The notes under the pieces are model-generated. The model made no database searches. It was not told the origin of the DNA and worked only from the letters and a program-made list of their open reading frames with translations. DNA of 64,000 nt. Origin: the human T2T-CHM13v2.0 reference genome, Homo sapiens. Where the stretch lies: NCBI RefSeq assembly GCF_009914755.1, contig NC_060936.1; one strand, given 5' to 3'. How positions within the stretch are numbered: the stretch's first letter is position 1; each line of letters opens with the position of its first letter. This document shows positions 1 to 25,043 of the stretch, one piece after another. Made by a program: the position numbers and the translations under genes.

Positions 1-2
1 AT

Positions 3-453
3 TAAGGGAGGAGACCACCCCTCATATTGTCTTACACCCAATTTCTGCCTCCAAATAAAGAAGTAAAAACTAAAAGGCAGAAATGAAATCCACAGGCAGA
101 CAGCCCAGCGCTGAGCCCTGGGCCTGGTAGTTAAAGATCGACCCCTAACCTAAGCGGTTATGTCATCTATAGATTCCAGACATTATATGGAAAAGCATTG
201 TGAAAATCCCTGTCCTGTTCCGTTCTGATTACCAGTGCATGCAGCCCCCAGTCACGTACTCCCAGCTTGCTCAATCGATCACGATCCTCTCACGCGGACC
301 CCCTTAGAGTTGTAAGCCCTTAAAAGGGACAGGAATTGCTCACTCGGGGAGCTCAGTTGTTGGAGACGTGAGTCTTGCCGACGCTCCCAGCCGAATAAAG
401 CCCTTCCTTAACTCGGTGTCTGAGGGGTTTTGTCTGCAGCTCGTCCTGCTACA
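3..453 (+). mobile_element. Solo LTR2 (HERV-E family LTR)
   Basis: Starts TAAGGGAGGAGACCACCCCTCATATTGTC and ends CTCGTCCTGCTACA like the LTR2 consensus; AATAAA at 394-399; no PBS follows. Confidence 0.9.
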
Positions 454-489
454 ATATTACTGTATATATGTAAAATATGCTATATTACT

Positions 490-625
490 ATATTTTCTCA
501 TTTATAAAGTGGGAGTAAAAATAACAGCTACCTCATTGCATTTTTGTGAGGATTAAATTAGTTAACACATGTATAATAGTTATGGGACATAGTGACCACT
601 TAAGAAATGTTAGCTAGTATTATTG
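490..625 (+). mobile_element. MIR fragment
   Basis: ctcatttataaagtggga...cctcattg...gtgaggattaaat resembles the MIR core/3' end. Confidence 0.65.
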
Positions 626-1309
626 TTGTTGTTACCAGGCACTGTTCTGGCTAACATTCTATTAGACCAAGTTAAATATTAGTTCATTTAGTTAATCTGC
701 CCAGAAAAGTATTAATAGAAGCAAGTTGCCCATATAACCTGTCCCCTTGACAACAAAATTTGCCTTCTGAAAGCCATTAATGGATTCTCAAGGTACAAGA
801 ATTGCCTATGAATTGTTTACTTTTTAGAATATGATTTCCCCTTGAGGCAGAATATATATTTAACAGGTCCTAAATGTATACCAGAAAGAACTGAATCGCC
901 AGCTTCACTAACAGGTTTCTCTAAAAAGAAAATCAGACAGCAATTTTACCTTCTGTTCAGGCCAGATGATGTTCCTAATCCTGCAAGGTCTGGGGTACTT
1001 TCATCTGATAAGAGCCCATGAGCTTCTGAGAGCTTCAAATGACTACTACTTAGGTTAAAAATAAGCACCGAGAAACAAAAACTGAGAAACAAAAGCAGAA
1101 GTATTTCTAAAATTGCTCTCTTCGCACTGTCTCGCTGCGGGTACTTTCCTGTCTCTCAGATCACTGACCTTCAGTCCAGCAATTTCCAGTGTCCTGCAGG
1201 CTGCTGATCCCAAGATGCTCAGCCACACAAAGGTGTTGCGGCCAAGTAAGGTTGGGGAACCCATACTATACTCCCTTTTGCCACAATACCTTTTTAACCA
1301 GACTCCTTT

Positions 1310-2291
<982 letters not shown>

Positions 2292-3029
2292 CCTTTTTCA
2301 AGGAATATCTACTAGAATCTAGGTGTTGGAAATGCTGAAATAGTCTAAACTAACCAATTATTTCCACCTTAAAATGACTGTAGGCTCATTCACCTGGCCT
2401 GGCAAAGTCAGCACTTACTTAAAAGCAGATGGGAGAGAATGTTGACCCTATACATACCCACAGTCCCTGATCAACATACATTTTCATGAAGAGGTATATC
2501 TTGGATCAAGTCAAAAAGAAACTATCCCCGGATCCATCTGAGGTGTGTCCCATACTCAGGGAACACACCAAAAAATTCAGGAATGGCTCACAGGGAAGCA
2601 TGATTTCAGAAGATCGGGAGCATAAGAAAAAGGAAGATGATGACACTATAAGAGAAATCCTATCAACAAAAGGAATATAATTCTCCTCCTGTTTTTTTTA
2701 AGTCAAGGAGAAGAATGCTGGTGCATTACAATCTAATTGGAACATGTCCAAAGTGATGGGAGAAATCCACTGACACCAGATTAAAGGAGTCCTGAGCAGA
2801 GAGGAAGCTGGACGGTGGCAGGGTCCTCGAAAAACTATCTCCAAAGACTCCAATCTCTAGAGCATTATCTTAGTTCTATGACTGGAAATTTTTTCCAGAA
2901 TCCTCAATATCTATCTGTAATGTAAGGCTCCTTTTTGCTAGCACCAGAAGCTTACATAAAATTAGGCACTTGGGGAAGCATCTTGACCCCCTCATCAGGC
3001 CACCCAACCATAACTGCCCCAATGGCCAA

Positions 3030-3096
3030 CAGGTGGGGATTATGGGAACTATAATTCAAGATAAGATTTGGGTGGGGACACAGTCGAACCATATCA
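3030..3096 (-). mobile_element. THE1/MST (MaLR) LTR terminal fragment
   Basis: gggattatggg...gatttgggtggggacacag...aaccatatca. Confidence 0.7.
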
Positions 3097-3509
3097 ATGG
3101 AGGAATACATGGATATACATGCAGAAATCTGGATGGCTTTAATTCCTTCCATGAGGTCTTACAATCCTACCATCACTATAAACTAGCCAAAATTAAAATA
3201 TATCTGGGCAGACAGGAGACCCAGATGGGTAGGAACTAAATATACAAACATTTCTCTCAGTAGAGAGAAAAACCAAGAAAAGGGAAGAAATAAGATTCAA
3301 AATGATCCCAAGAGGCACATCCTGGGGAAAACCCAACAAGATAAATATAGTAAGTCCTCAAAAGATGCTAGTTACTAGTATTATCATTAATGTTAAATAG
3401 TAATATTAACTGTAAATCCCTGCATTTATATTGAAGATAGCAATTACATAAGAAAAGATATTAGAGAACTGGCTTAGCCAAAATCCACAGGAGAAAATAA
3501 AATTTGCGT

Positions 3510-4100
3510 TTTGGCTAATCACAAGCCCAACACGTGTCAGCACTGCAATGTAGCTGCTAAGTAACTAACACCACTGGGCAGGCCTCACCCAGAGCAAAGG
3601 AGCTAACAGGCTCACAAAACTCTCCCAGCCAGGCCATATCTGATGTGTAGGTTTGATTTAGGCACAAAAGATATAGACAATCGGAATTGCATCTAGCAAG
3701 AAGTGACTATCACAGCTGTAAGTCTGGAATCCAAATTAAACACAAAATAGTTGATAGAACAGGTGGTAACCATGGAAGTGATGGTTTAAGGTACTCTTCG
3801 ATATTTGAAGAGCTGCCAATAAAGAATGGCACTAGTTGTTTTGTGTCACCAACGGGTGAAATTTACAGGGGAGGCTAAGTTAGGCTCCATACATAAAATG
3901 ATTTTCCAATACTTAAAATTATCCAAGAATTGATCCCACGGGCTTGAAAAGTTTTAAGCTTTCTTTTTGAAAGTGCCTGGGAGCCAGAAGATTATCAACC
4001 AACAAGAGCAATCTAAGGATTCCTCTGGTGGGTGAAGAGATGCACTCTGAAGTTTCAAGGCCCCTTTCAGCATCAAGAATCTGCAATTCTATGGTTCTGA
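3510..4100 (+). mobile_element. Ancient L3/CR1 3' fragment
   Basis: Degenerate similarity to L3 3' end (ttaggctccata...; ggcccctttcagc...attctatggttct). Confidence 0.45.
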
Positions 4101-4202
4101 CTATTGCTGAGCTTCATCAGATTAGTAGACAGAGCCCAGTGCTACCCTCTCCTCCCACTCATTTTTGCATGGTGAATGGTAAACACTTAAAAATATTCTT
4201 GG

Positions 4203-4559
<357 letters not shown>

Positions 4560-5049
4560 CTAATTTGTGTTAAATACCCTTTTATTCTACTTAAACTCTT
4601 GTATTTCTTATCTGCAAAAGGACCTAAATGAGAAGATAAAGGTAAATTAACTCTGAAAACCTTTAAAGCAATGTAAGGGATATTTTTATAATTATTGATG
4701 TTTATCAATAAGTAGAGAAGCACTCAACTAATTTTTTAAAAAAGAAAAATTTGCATATAAAGCAGTCATTTTTCTTATCTGACTTCAATTGTAAATTGCT
4801 GAGGAAGGTCTAATTTCACCTTCTATCTCAAGATTTGGTAGCCAAAGTTACCAAAGGCCTGCATAGTTACCAAAGGCCTGAACACACAATTCCAGGAAGG
4901 TGCCCAACACAGAGTATTAGCAAGAGAACTTGGAGGCTGGGCTTTGCCTTCTGTCCTCAAACAGGAATAAATGTAGATCCAGGGAGAATGAAAGAGTAAA
5001 AATTGGGACACCTAAACTAAGAATAAACCAAAGAGACAGGAATATTTGG

Positions 5050-5685
<636 letters not shown>

Positions 5686-6687
5686 GAGTGGGTTCCAAGA
5701 TGGCCGAATAGGAACAGCTCCAGTCTACAGCTCTCAGCGTAAGTGACCCAGAAGACAGATGATTTCTGCACTTCCATCTGAGGTACCGGGTTCATTTCAC
5801 TGGGGCTTGTCAGACAGTGGCTGCAGCCCAGGGAGTGTTAGGTGAAGCAGGGCGGGGCATCGCCTCACCCGGGAAACACAAAGGGTCGGGGAATTCCCTT
5901 TCCTAGCCAAGGGAAGCCGTGACAGATAGCACCTGGAAAATCGGGACACTCCCACCCTAATACTGCGCTTTTCCAATGGTCTTAGCAAACAGCACACCAG
6001 GAGATTTTATCCCACGCCTGGCTCGGAGGGTCCCAAGCCCACGGAGCCTTGCTCACTGCCAGCACAGCAGTCTAAGATCGAACTGCAAGGTAGCAGCAAG
6101 GCTGGGGGAGGGGCATCTGCCATTGCTTAAGCCTGAGTAGGTAAACAAAGCAGCCCAGAAACTCGAACTGGGTGGAGGCCACTGCAGCTCAAGGAGGCCT
6201 GCCTGCCACTGTAGACACCACCTCTGGGGGCAGGGCATAGCTGAACAAAAAGCAGCAGAAACTTCTGCAGACTTACACGTCCCTGTCTGACAGCATTGAA
6301 GAGAGTAGTGGTTCTCCCAGCCCAGAGTTTGAGATGTGAGAACGGACAGACTTCCTCCTCAAGTGGGTCCCTGACCTCCGAGTAGCCTAACTGGGAGACA
6401 CCTTCCAGTAGGGGCCGACTGACACCTCATACAGCCAGGTGCCCCTCTGAGACGAAGCTTCCAGAGGAAGGAATATTTGCTGTTCTGTAATATTTGCTGT
6501 TCTGCAGCCTCCGCTGGTGATACCCAGGCAAACAGGGTTGGAGTGGACCTCCAGCAAACTCCAACAGACCTGCAGCTGAGGGTCCTCCCTGTTAGAAAGA
6601 AAACTAACAAACAGAAAGGACATCCACACCAAAACCCCATCTGTACGTCACCATCATCAAAGACCAAAGGTAGATAAAACCACAAAG

Positions 6688-7714
6688 ATGGGGAGAAACC
6701 AGAGCAGAAAAGCTGAAAATTCTAAAAATCAGAGCGCCTCTTCTCCACCAAAGGAACGCAGCTCCTCGCCAGCAATGGAACAAAGCTGGACGGAGAATGA
6801 CTTTGACAAGCTGACAGAAGTAGGCTTCAGACGATTGGTAATAACAAACTTCTCTGAGCTAAAGGAGGATGTTCAAACCCATCACAAAGAAACTAAAAAC
6901 TTTGAAAAAAGATTAGACAAATGGCTAACTAGAATAAATGCGTAGATAAGAGCTTAAATGACCTGATGGAGCTGAAAACCATGGCACAAGAACTATGTGA
7001 TGCATGCACAAGCTTCAGTAGCCGATTCAATCAACTGGAAGAAAGGGTATTAGTGACTGAAGATCAAATGAATGAAATGAAGTGAGAAGAGAAGTTTAGA
7101 GAAAAAAGAGTAAAAAGAAACGAACAAAGCCTCCAAGAAATATGGGACTATGTGAAAAGACCAAATCTACGTCTGATTGGTGTACCTGAAAGTGACAGGG
7201 AGAATGGAACCCAAGTTGGAAAACACTCCTCAGGACATTATCCAGGAGAACTTCCCCAACCTAGCAAGGCAGGCCAACATTCAAATTCAGGAAATACAGA
7301 GAACACCACAGAGATACTCCTCGAGAAGAGCAGCTCCAAGACACATAATTGTCAGATTCACCAAAGTTGAAAATGAAGGAAAAAATGTTAAGGGCAGCCA
7401 GAGAGAAATGTCAGGTTACCCACAGAGGGAAGCCCATCAGACTAACAGCAGATCTCTCAGCAGAAACTCTACAAGCCAGAAGAGAGTGGGGGTCAATATT
7501 CAACATTCTTAAAGAAAAGAATTTTCAACCCAAAATTTCATATCCAGCCAAACTAAGCTTCATAAGTGAAGGAGAAATAAAATACTTTACAGACAAGCAA
7601 ATGCTGAGAGATTTTGTCACCACCAGGCCTGCCCTACAAGAGCTCCTGAAGAAAGCACTAAACATGGAAAGGAACAACCAGTACCAGACACTCCAAAAAC
7701 ATGCCAAATTGTAA
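6688..7714 (+). pseudogene. L1 ORF1p, disrupted
   Basis: MGRNQSRKAENSKNQSASSPPKE...LQKHAKL split over several frames. Confidence 0.93.
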
Positions 7715-7777
7715 AGACCATCGAGGCTAGGAAGAAACTGCATCAAGTAACGAGCAAAATAACCAGCTAACATCATA

Positions 7778-11674
<3,897 letters not shown>

Positions 11675-11901
11675 ACAATGAGAACACTTGGACACAGGGT
11701 GGGGAACATCACACACCAGGGCCTGTCGTGGGGTGGCGGGAGGAGGGAGGGATAGCATTAAGAGATAGACCTAATGTAAATGATGAGTTAATGGGTGCAG
11801 CACACCAACATGGCACATGTATACGTATGTAACAAACCTGCACATTGTCCACATGTACCCTAGAACTTAAAGTATAATAAAATATATATATATAAACAGC
11901 T

Positions 11902-12681
11902 AATAAGCACATGCAAAAATGCTCAATATCATTAGTCATTACAGAAATGCAAATTAAAACCACAATGAGATACTACTACACACCCACCAGAATGGCTATA
12001 GTCAAAACGACAGACAATATCAAGTGTAGAATGGGATGTGGAGCAACTGGAACCCCCTCATACCCCAGAGATGGGAAGGTTAAATGGTACAGTCACCGTG
12101 GAAGGCACTGTAATAGCTTTTCAAAAGGTTAAATATACATCTACCATATGTCCCAGGAATTGCAATTCTAGGTGTCTACCCAAGAGAAATAAAAACATTT
12201 GTCTACACAAAAACTTGCATACAAATGATTATAGCAGCATTATTCATAATAGCCAAAATGTAGAAACAACTCAAACGAACATCAACTGGTGAATGAGTTA
12301 ACAAGATGTTGTATATCCATATAATGAGATACTCAGCAACAAAAAGGAACTACCAATGTACATTACAACGGTGAAAAGGGTCAAAAACATGCTAAGGGAG
12401 AAAAAGCCAGTCACAAAACCCTATATTAAATCATTCCACTTATATGAAACTTCTAGCAAAAGCAAATGTATGAAGATAGAAAGTGGATTAGTGGTTGCCC
12501 AGGACTGGGGGTGGGAGAAGAGACTAACTGCAAGTGGGCACAAGGCCACTTTGTGCTGTAATGGGCATGTTCTATAAACATGGATTACGGAGATGATTGC
12601 ACAACTCTACAAATTCACTAAAAATCAATGTATTTACAATGGATGGACTTTAGATATGTAAATTATACCTCAGTAAAGTTA
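11902..12681 (+). mobile_element. Old L1M 3' end, continuation of the host element at 5050-5685
   Basis: aataagcacatgcaaaaatgctcaa...gtaaattatacctcagtaaagtt. Confidence 0.75.
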
Positions 12682-12840
12682 TGGGCTCAGTTCAGAGGGC
12701 AGATCTTCCAGTCATATTCATGATGAGTCACAGGCAATCCAAAGATAGAAACAAAATGGAGAGAAAGAATACATTTCCTTCTTCTTCAATTTTATTTATC
12801 AAAAGCACTTTCTTCAGGTATCTCAAAATTTAAAGCTATA

Positions 12841-12957
12841 AGCCAGGCACGATGGTGCACACCTGTAGTCCCAGCTACTCTGGAGGCCAAGGCAGGAAAA
12901 ACGCTTGAGCCCAGGAGTTTGAGATCAGCCTGGGAAACATAGCAAGACTCTATCTCT
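12841..12957 (+). mobile_element. Alu monomer (FLAM-like)
   Basis: Single 7SL-derived arm. Confidence 0.75.
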
Positions 12958-12997
12958 CTTTATTATTTTTTTAATTAAAGCTAAAATACCCAGATCT

Positions 12998-13346
<349 letters not shown>

Positions 13347-15601
13347 TAAGGGTTGGAACTGTGGACTCAATCTGTGTGTAAAACCCAGCACTCCTACTTA
13401 CTAGCTGACTTTAGCATGTTACTTAGACTGAGTTTCAGTTTCTTGTTCTGATACAAAAAATTAATACATACTACAGAGTTGTTTTAAACTAGCACACTAT
13501 CTATTAACAGCACATGGTAAATACTCAACAAATGCCGATGTTATTTTTTTATTATCAACACATCATCATTACCATCACTATGACTGTAGTTTCCTTGGGA
13601 GACTTGAAAACTTGACTGATATGTGTATGTTCCTAATGTACATTTAGTGCTTCATCACTGCTATATTCAATTTAATTGACTGCCCAAACATAACCATGTT
13701 CCCTTATAACCCTCATTCCTTATCTTAGGGACCTTATACTTTGAAATAAAATCCCTGGATCATTTCACTAACAGAACAAAAGCTGTGCTATTCCCTGGCT
13801 AAAGCAAGATATTTTCCAATTCAACCATAGGAAAAAAACATTTTTAAAAGGTGCAGTTTTTGTTTGTTTCTAGGATAGGAGAACTGGACAAAGAAAAAAT
13901 GTCAGCATCTCCTCAGAGAAGCCTGGCAAACAGGGAAAATAACACTAAACAAAGAAAGCCATGTGCAGAGGACCTGGCACAGAAACACAATTGCCAGGCC
14001 TTGCACCCGAGAATCACCAACACCTGCAGAGTAAAGCAACGGGCCACGTACAGTGCTGACTGCTTCCTGGGTGACAGCTGAAACCCAGCCAAGTTCAAAA
14101 ACCCCTCATTGTGGGTGTGTGTTTTTGCTTTGTAACATCTATATGAAAAGGGAAGGGAAACTGCATGGGGTAAACTTTCTATTTTGTAAGACAAGCGTCT
14201 TCTTGTTCTCTTTTTCTTTTTCTGGTCAGTGAGTGGAGGGACAGAACCCTGGAAAAATACCTGTGCACCAAGCAAGACAACCCCATCACTGATGTCAGGA
14301 AAAGCAGAGCAGTCACCTCTGGCTTGCCCAGCCCACCTCACTCGCCCACCAGCACACACTGCGACTAAAGAACCCCACTTTAGCTGACTGGAGCATTCTT
14401 CCAGCCACACACCTCAAAGATCATCTGGGAAGAGATACCACAACACGGCAGGGGGCCGGGTGCCTGTGCCAGGGAGGGACACATGCTCTTCACTCCCCAC
14501 ACTTGCTGGTGAGCCACAGAAGCCCTGTGACCTCAGCACACTCAAGGGAAATATGTCATGGGGCTTACCCTTCATGAGGACCGCTCTAACTTAGCATCCA
14601 AGAAAACCTCACAGCCCCTGTGGGGACTTCTCCTGGGCACCACCTAGCTCCTGCCTTAGTAAAGTGTGGAGAAAACCAACTTCCTCACAGAAATGTCTTT
14701 TAGAGCCAAATGTAAGTGTCCCTGAAATCAAGTAGACAATGATATTCCTATCATTCTGGGCCTGTCCTTGAAAGTTGTCTCTGTTGTTTTCTTTCCACTA
14801 GAAAGTCATAGACCCTGAGACCCAAAAAGGCCCACAGGGATCTAGAGAGGTGAAATAACTTACTAAAGGCCACAGAGGATGGAAGTGGCCAGGCCAAGAC
14901 TAACACCCAGCTTTATCCACAAAATCTGGAAAATGCTATCAGGCTATCTTCGACCCAGAAAAGAAGCGCTCACAAGAAGAATATCAAGGGAGGCTAGTCC
15001 AGACTCTGCAGCTAGTGTCAAAGTTCAAATCCAGTTCTGTCCCTTACTAGGGCACGTAACCTGGGCAATTTCCTTAACTTCTGTTTTCTCTTCCATTAAT
15101 AAGAGGATAATAACAGCATCAACATTACAGAGCACTCCAAGCATGAATGTATCAATACCGAGAGTTTCTATATGACTGATCATCCTCCTCCTCCTCATCA
15201 TCATCCTAAAACAGACAGGGGAATGAGAGTAAAGAAGGGATGATAGGAAAAAAAGGTAGAAAGTGAGTGTATGGTCACTAAATAAGTAGAGCATAATTTA
15301 ACTTCAAAAAATTCAAAGACATGTCTAGGGTCATATCCACAGGGGTTAGTGAGAACATAAAAGCAAAACGTATTATAAACCATTAGGTACAGTATGGCTC
15401 CAACTATGTTAAATATTCATACCCACATGTATATACATACTTCCAGAAGAAAGTGAAATAAAATGCATGAAACATTAATTCTCTGGGCACTGGGATTAAG
15501 GTTGATCTTTATTGTCTTCTTTATTACTTTTATTTCCCAAATTTTCCACAACAGACATATATTGCTTTAGAAATCAAAATAAATGTGGGTTTTAAAGGCT
15601 G

Positions 15602-15917
15602 TTTTTATTTTTTTATTTTTATTTTTATTTTTTTGAGACAGGGTTTCACTGTTACCCAGGCTGGAATGCAGTTGTGCGATCACAGCTCACCGCAATCTCC
15701 ACCTCCCAGGCTCAGAAGCAATCCTCCTGCTCCAGAGCCCCCACCACCCATAGCTGGAACCACAAGTGCATGCCACCACACCCAGCTAATTTTTGTATTT
15801 TTGAAGAGATGAGGTTTCATCATGTTGCCCAGGCGGGCCTTAAACCCCTGGACCCAGAGCCATCTGCCTGCCTCCGTCTCCCGAAGTGCTCACAGGCAGA
15901 GCCGCAGCGCCCAGCCC
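15602..15917 (-). mobile_element. AluJ
   Basis: Diverged reverse Alu; AAGGCTGTTTTT flanks both ends. Confidence 0.85.
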
Positions 15918-17028
15918 AAGGCTGTTTTTTAAAAGAAGAAACTTGATACCAGGCCAGGCCTCAAATGGCAAAAGGGCTATTAGGTAGAATCCCAAGAGGC
16001 AGGGCCTGTGTTTACTCAGACAGCCAAGGGGAAAGTGCCTGTGTCTGGGAAGAGAACAAGACTTAGGGGGAAGGGGGAAGCTTAACCACGAAGCTTATGC
16101 CTGAGAGCATCAGGCCAGGGAAGGACTCTGTAAAATAGGAATAAATTCCAAAAGAAAATAAAACAGAAGTGACGACATCAGCAGTCCCTAGTTAAAAGAA
16201 GAAGAAGAAGAAAGAGAATCCTGGAGCAAGCCTCTGCGCAGATAATTTTTTTTCCCTGGCTGGAACAGAAGATCAGTCACCAAAACTAAAAAGCAAAAGA
16301 TCCAAGTGGCTGAAAAAAGGAATTATGGGCTCCCACTGGGGACAAGACTTGCCTGGAAGCCCATCTGAGGGCTTGCTGCCCTATCCTTCACATCTGAGAT
16401 TATCCCCTGATCCCAGCCAAGACCAGGGATTTCCTGCTTTTTGGCATCCAGATGCGAGAAATAGATCTGCTGACTCTGAGATCACTGACTGACACTAGCC
16501 AGGGCCCAGAGAGAACGCCGCCGTGGGGTCTAAGATCGAGTTCACCTGGCATCTTTCTCGGCACGTATCTTCCTGGCTTGTCCTCAGTCTCCACTCCTCT
16601 CAGTTTGAGTTCCCACCTCACCTCTTTTGCAGAGATTCCTTGTAGCTCATATGAAGGAGTGGACAGAAGACACAGAACAGATAGCAGAGAGAAGTACTGG
16701 GGGCCTCCCAGCTCTTGTTCAGGGCCCCACTTTCCTCTGACAAGCATGTTAAGGTTTATCCAGATTATCCCTCCAGTTCCCCTATTTCACAGATGAGGGA
16801 AATGAGACAGAAAAAGGGGGACTGTATGTCTGTGCCCATCAAAGTCAGATGAAATGATACACTGTCTTAAGACCATCTGATTCGGGACCTTGCCTGAGGT
16901 CACAAATCTTTGTAGTGACAGAGCCAGGACAAGCACATAACTATCCTAATGGCTGCTCCTTCCTTCAGCACTGTGGCTGCCTACGAGCTGGACTGCAGTC
17001 TCTACTGCTCACTAGAAAAGTTCCAGTC

Positions 17029-18790
<1,762 letters not shown>

Positions 18791-19190
18791 CTACAGACTC
18801 TGGAACCACACTCCTTGGCTTCCAACCCTGGCTCCAGCACATACTCTGTGACTTTTGGCCAGTACATTAACCTTTCTGTGTCTCCATTTCTCCTTCTGGA
18901 AGGTAAGCATTAAGTATCTCCTATCTTTAAAAGTTCCTAAGAAGTCTACATCCTAGGCCACCCTATATGTGCACACCCAGCAGCCCTTTCTGTCCCCTTT
19001 GAGCCCAATCTGAGGGAGGACAGGTCCCTCTCTCAGCCTCAGAAAGTGAATGATGATGGGATTCAACCTTTTCTTTGGTTTTCTCCTTCTCTTTGGCCAG
19101 TGACAAGTCAAAGGCAAGAATAACTCGGTTCTCACTAAACAGGGAGGTCAGCAGGGAAACCTTCCTTTCCCAATAAAAAGACATAGGTTT

Positions 19191-19494
<304 letters not shown>

Positions 19495-19514
19495 GACATA
19501 GGTTTATGCAAAGC

Positions 19515-19935
19515 GTATTAGGCCATTCGTGCACTGCTATAAAGGAATACCTGACACTGGGTAATTTATAAAGAGAAGAGTTTTAACTGGCTCACTGTTC
19601 TGCAGGCTGTACATGCATGGCACCAGCATCCTGAGCACAGCTTCCAGGGAGGCCTCAGGGAGCTTTTACTCATGGCAGAAGGCAAAATGGGAACAGGCAT
19701 GTCACATGGCATGGCGAATGAAGGAGCAAGAGTGAGTTGGGGCAGAGGTGCCACAAACTTAAACAACCAGATCTCCTGAGAACTCACTCACTATCACTCA
19801 CTATATCAAGGACAGCACCAAGACATGAGGGATCTGCCCCATGACCCAAACACCTCCCACCAGGCCCCACCTCCAACACTGGGGATTAGATTTCAACATG
19901 AGATTTGGGCGGGGACAAATATCCAAACCATATCA
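19515..19935 (-). mobile_element. MSTB-like MaLR solo LTR
   Basis: gtattaggcc...gggtaatttataaag...atccaaaccatatca, reverse of MST consensus. Confidence 0.8.
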
Positions 19936-20294
19936 CACAAAAGAAGCCTTTTGACCCTTCCACTGCCTTTAGTGCTGCTATAGCAGCCATCTGCCGCCAT
20001 GGGGAAAGAGCCAGGAAGGCCAAGAGGATCTCAGCCCTGAGCACTAACACTGTCCTGGTCTCTGTGCCCAGGCCAGCCTCCACTTATTCCAAGGATGACT
20101 GTGAGGAATGTGGACCCCTGCTTGTTTACAGTACTGTTGGATAACTCTTCTTTTGCTTGTGGCCAAATGCCATCCTAATAGGTCAACTGTATAAGTTTAT
20201 TCTCATTAAAAAAAAATAAAATTTAAAATCATGTTCTCCAAAAAGTTACTGAGTAAAAGTGATGTCGCAATATCAGTATGACTCATGGCATTGA

Positions 20295-20605
<311 letters not shown>

Positions 20606-20662
20606 GGCATTGTTTTATACACACACACAGATACAGAAATATAGGGATGTGTGTGTATATAC

Positions 20663-20664
<2 letters not shown>

Positions 20665-20722
<58 letters not shown>
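20665..20722. repeat. (TA)n then (CA)n microsatellite
   Basis: Directly visible. Confidence 0.95.
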
Positions 20723-20723
<1 letters not shown>

Positions 20724-20739
20724 TATATATGGGTGTACA

Positions 20740-23341
<2,602 letters not shown>

Positions 23342-23718
23342 CTATTTTCACTGGAGGCTGTACCCCAAGGGTCTTTCCTAATTACCACTGCTGCGAGGAC
23401 CTGGATGAAAAGTAATAAGCCCCCAAGCATGGCAAGGCTCTAGCCTGTTGCTTCTGGCTATGGTCCCATCACTCAGCACTTTGAAGACCCGCATAGAATG
23501 AGTTATTAACACACCCAAAGAACAAATTCTGAAAGTGCATCAATATTAATTCATTTACAGAGAGGTTTTGCTTTCTCCTCTCTCTTTCTTGATTAAATGC
23601 TTAGTGCTTCCTCAAGAGATATGCTGTCACGAAACTCTCAACAAGTCATGAATGAGAAGAAAAGATAAAATCTTCCCCATCACCTTAAAGGAAAGCATTT
23701 ATTTAAAAGTTCTCATCA

Positions 23719-23990
23719 ACCAGACGCAGTGGTTCATGCTTATAATCCCAGTGCTTTGGGAGGCCAGGAGTTCTAGACCAGCCTGGGCAACATAGCAAGA
23801 GCCCGTCTTTAAAAATAAATAAATAAAAAATTAGCTAGGTATGGTGGCATATGCCTGTGCTCCCAGCTATTCAGGAGGCTGAGGCAGGAGGGGAGCCTGG
23901 GGTGGGAGAATCCACTTGAGCCCAGGAGTTTTGGGCTGCAATGAACTATATGATTTTGAGACAAAGTGACATTCCGTCTCAAAAAATAAA
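23719..23990 (+). mobile_element. AluJ, internally rearranged
   Basis: Diverged Alu dimer. Confidence 0.8.
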
Positions 23991-24087
23991 GTTCTCATCA
24001 CCTAAACGTATGCCTTTTAGTTCATATTTTATTTGTTTAATCTTTGGGTAAGACTCTTGTTGCTGTTTTCTTTCTTTTTAAGATGAA

Positions 24088-24534
24088 GTGATAGATTGCT
24101 TGCAAAAATGGCCCCAAATCCTCCATCCCACTCCCTTGTATCCACACCCTTTACTCAGTGTGATTATGTGGCTTCTTTCATCAAGGGAGACAGTTTGTTT
24201 ACCAAACCTTGAAGCTGGGATGGCCATGTGGATTACTTTAGCCAACACAATGTGGCAGACAGAGTTGGTAATGTGCCAGTTCCTGAACGCAGGCCCACGA
24301 GGCTCTGCTCTCTTATGCTCCCTCTCAGAACCCTGCTTCACAGCCATGAGAACAAGTCAAGGCTAGCTGCTGGAGAACGAGAACACATGTGGTATAAAGA
24401 TGAGCCAGCCCAGCCAAGAAGACAACTGCCCACATGGGCCCAGCCTACATTGCTTGCCTGCAGAACCATGGGCTAAATAGTTATGTCACCACATTTTAGG
24501 ATAGTTTGTTATCCAGCAAAATCTAACTGATACA
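24088..24534 (+). mobile_element. MLT1 (H/G-like) MaLR LTR
   Basis: tgcaaaaatggccccaaa...ctaactgataca. Confidence 0.65.
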
Positions 24535-25041
24535 ATTGAAGTGTGTGATTTTAGTGCTGTTAATTATTCTGATCTTAAAAGTATTACTAATTGGAGAAAG
24601 TCAGAAAATACAGAAAAGGAGAAAACCGCCCATAATTTATCACTAGAATAAAACCAACATTCTGGTGGTGTTTTTCCCCAGTCTTCAGTATATTAGTGTG
24701 ACTGAATGAAAATGAAATCCACTTAGTTTTAATTCCGTATCTTTCTCCTCCCACTGAAAACATTCAATAGAGCTTTTCTTATGCCATTAGTGTCTGAAAA
24801 CGTAATTTTTAATGGTTTAAATATTCTATTTATCATGGATGTACAATAATTTAAACGTGTGCATATGTTTCTGTAGTTTCTATAATTAAATAATAAAATT
24901 ATTTATTCATTATTGTAAGTATTATTGTTCATTTGAGTACAGAAAGCTATGTTCAACTCTGTGCTTATTTCTTTAAAATAAGCTTCTAGAACTGAAATTC
25001 TTGATTCAACGAGTATAGACTGCTAGTCAAAGCCAGTCCCC

Positions 25042-25043
<2 letters not shown>

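Noticed and set aside
2486-2680. 64-aa ATG ORF with a charged C-terminus
   Set aside because: No homology recognised and no supporting gene structure
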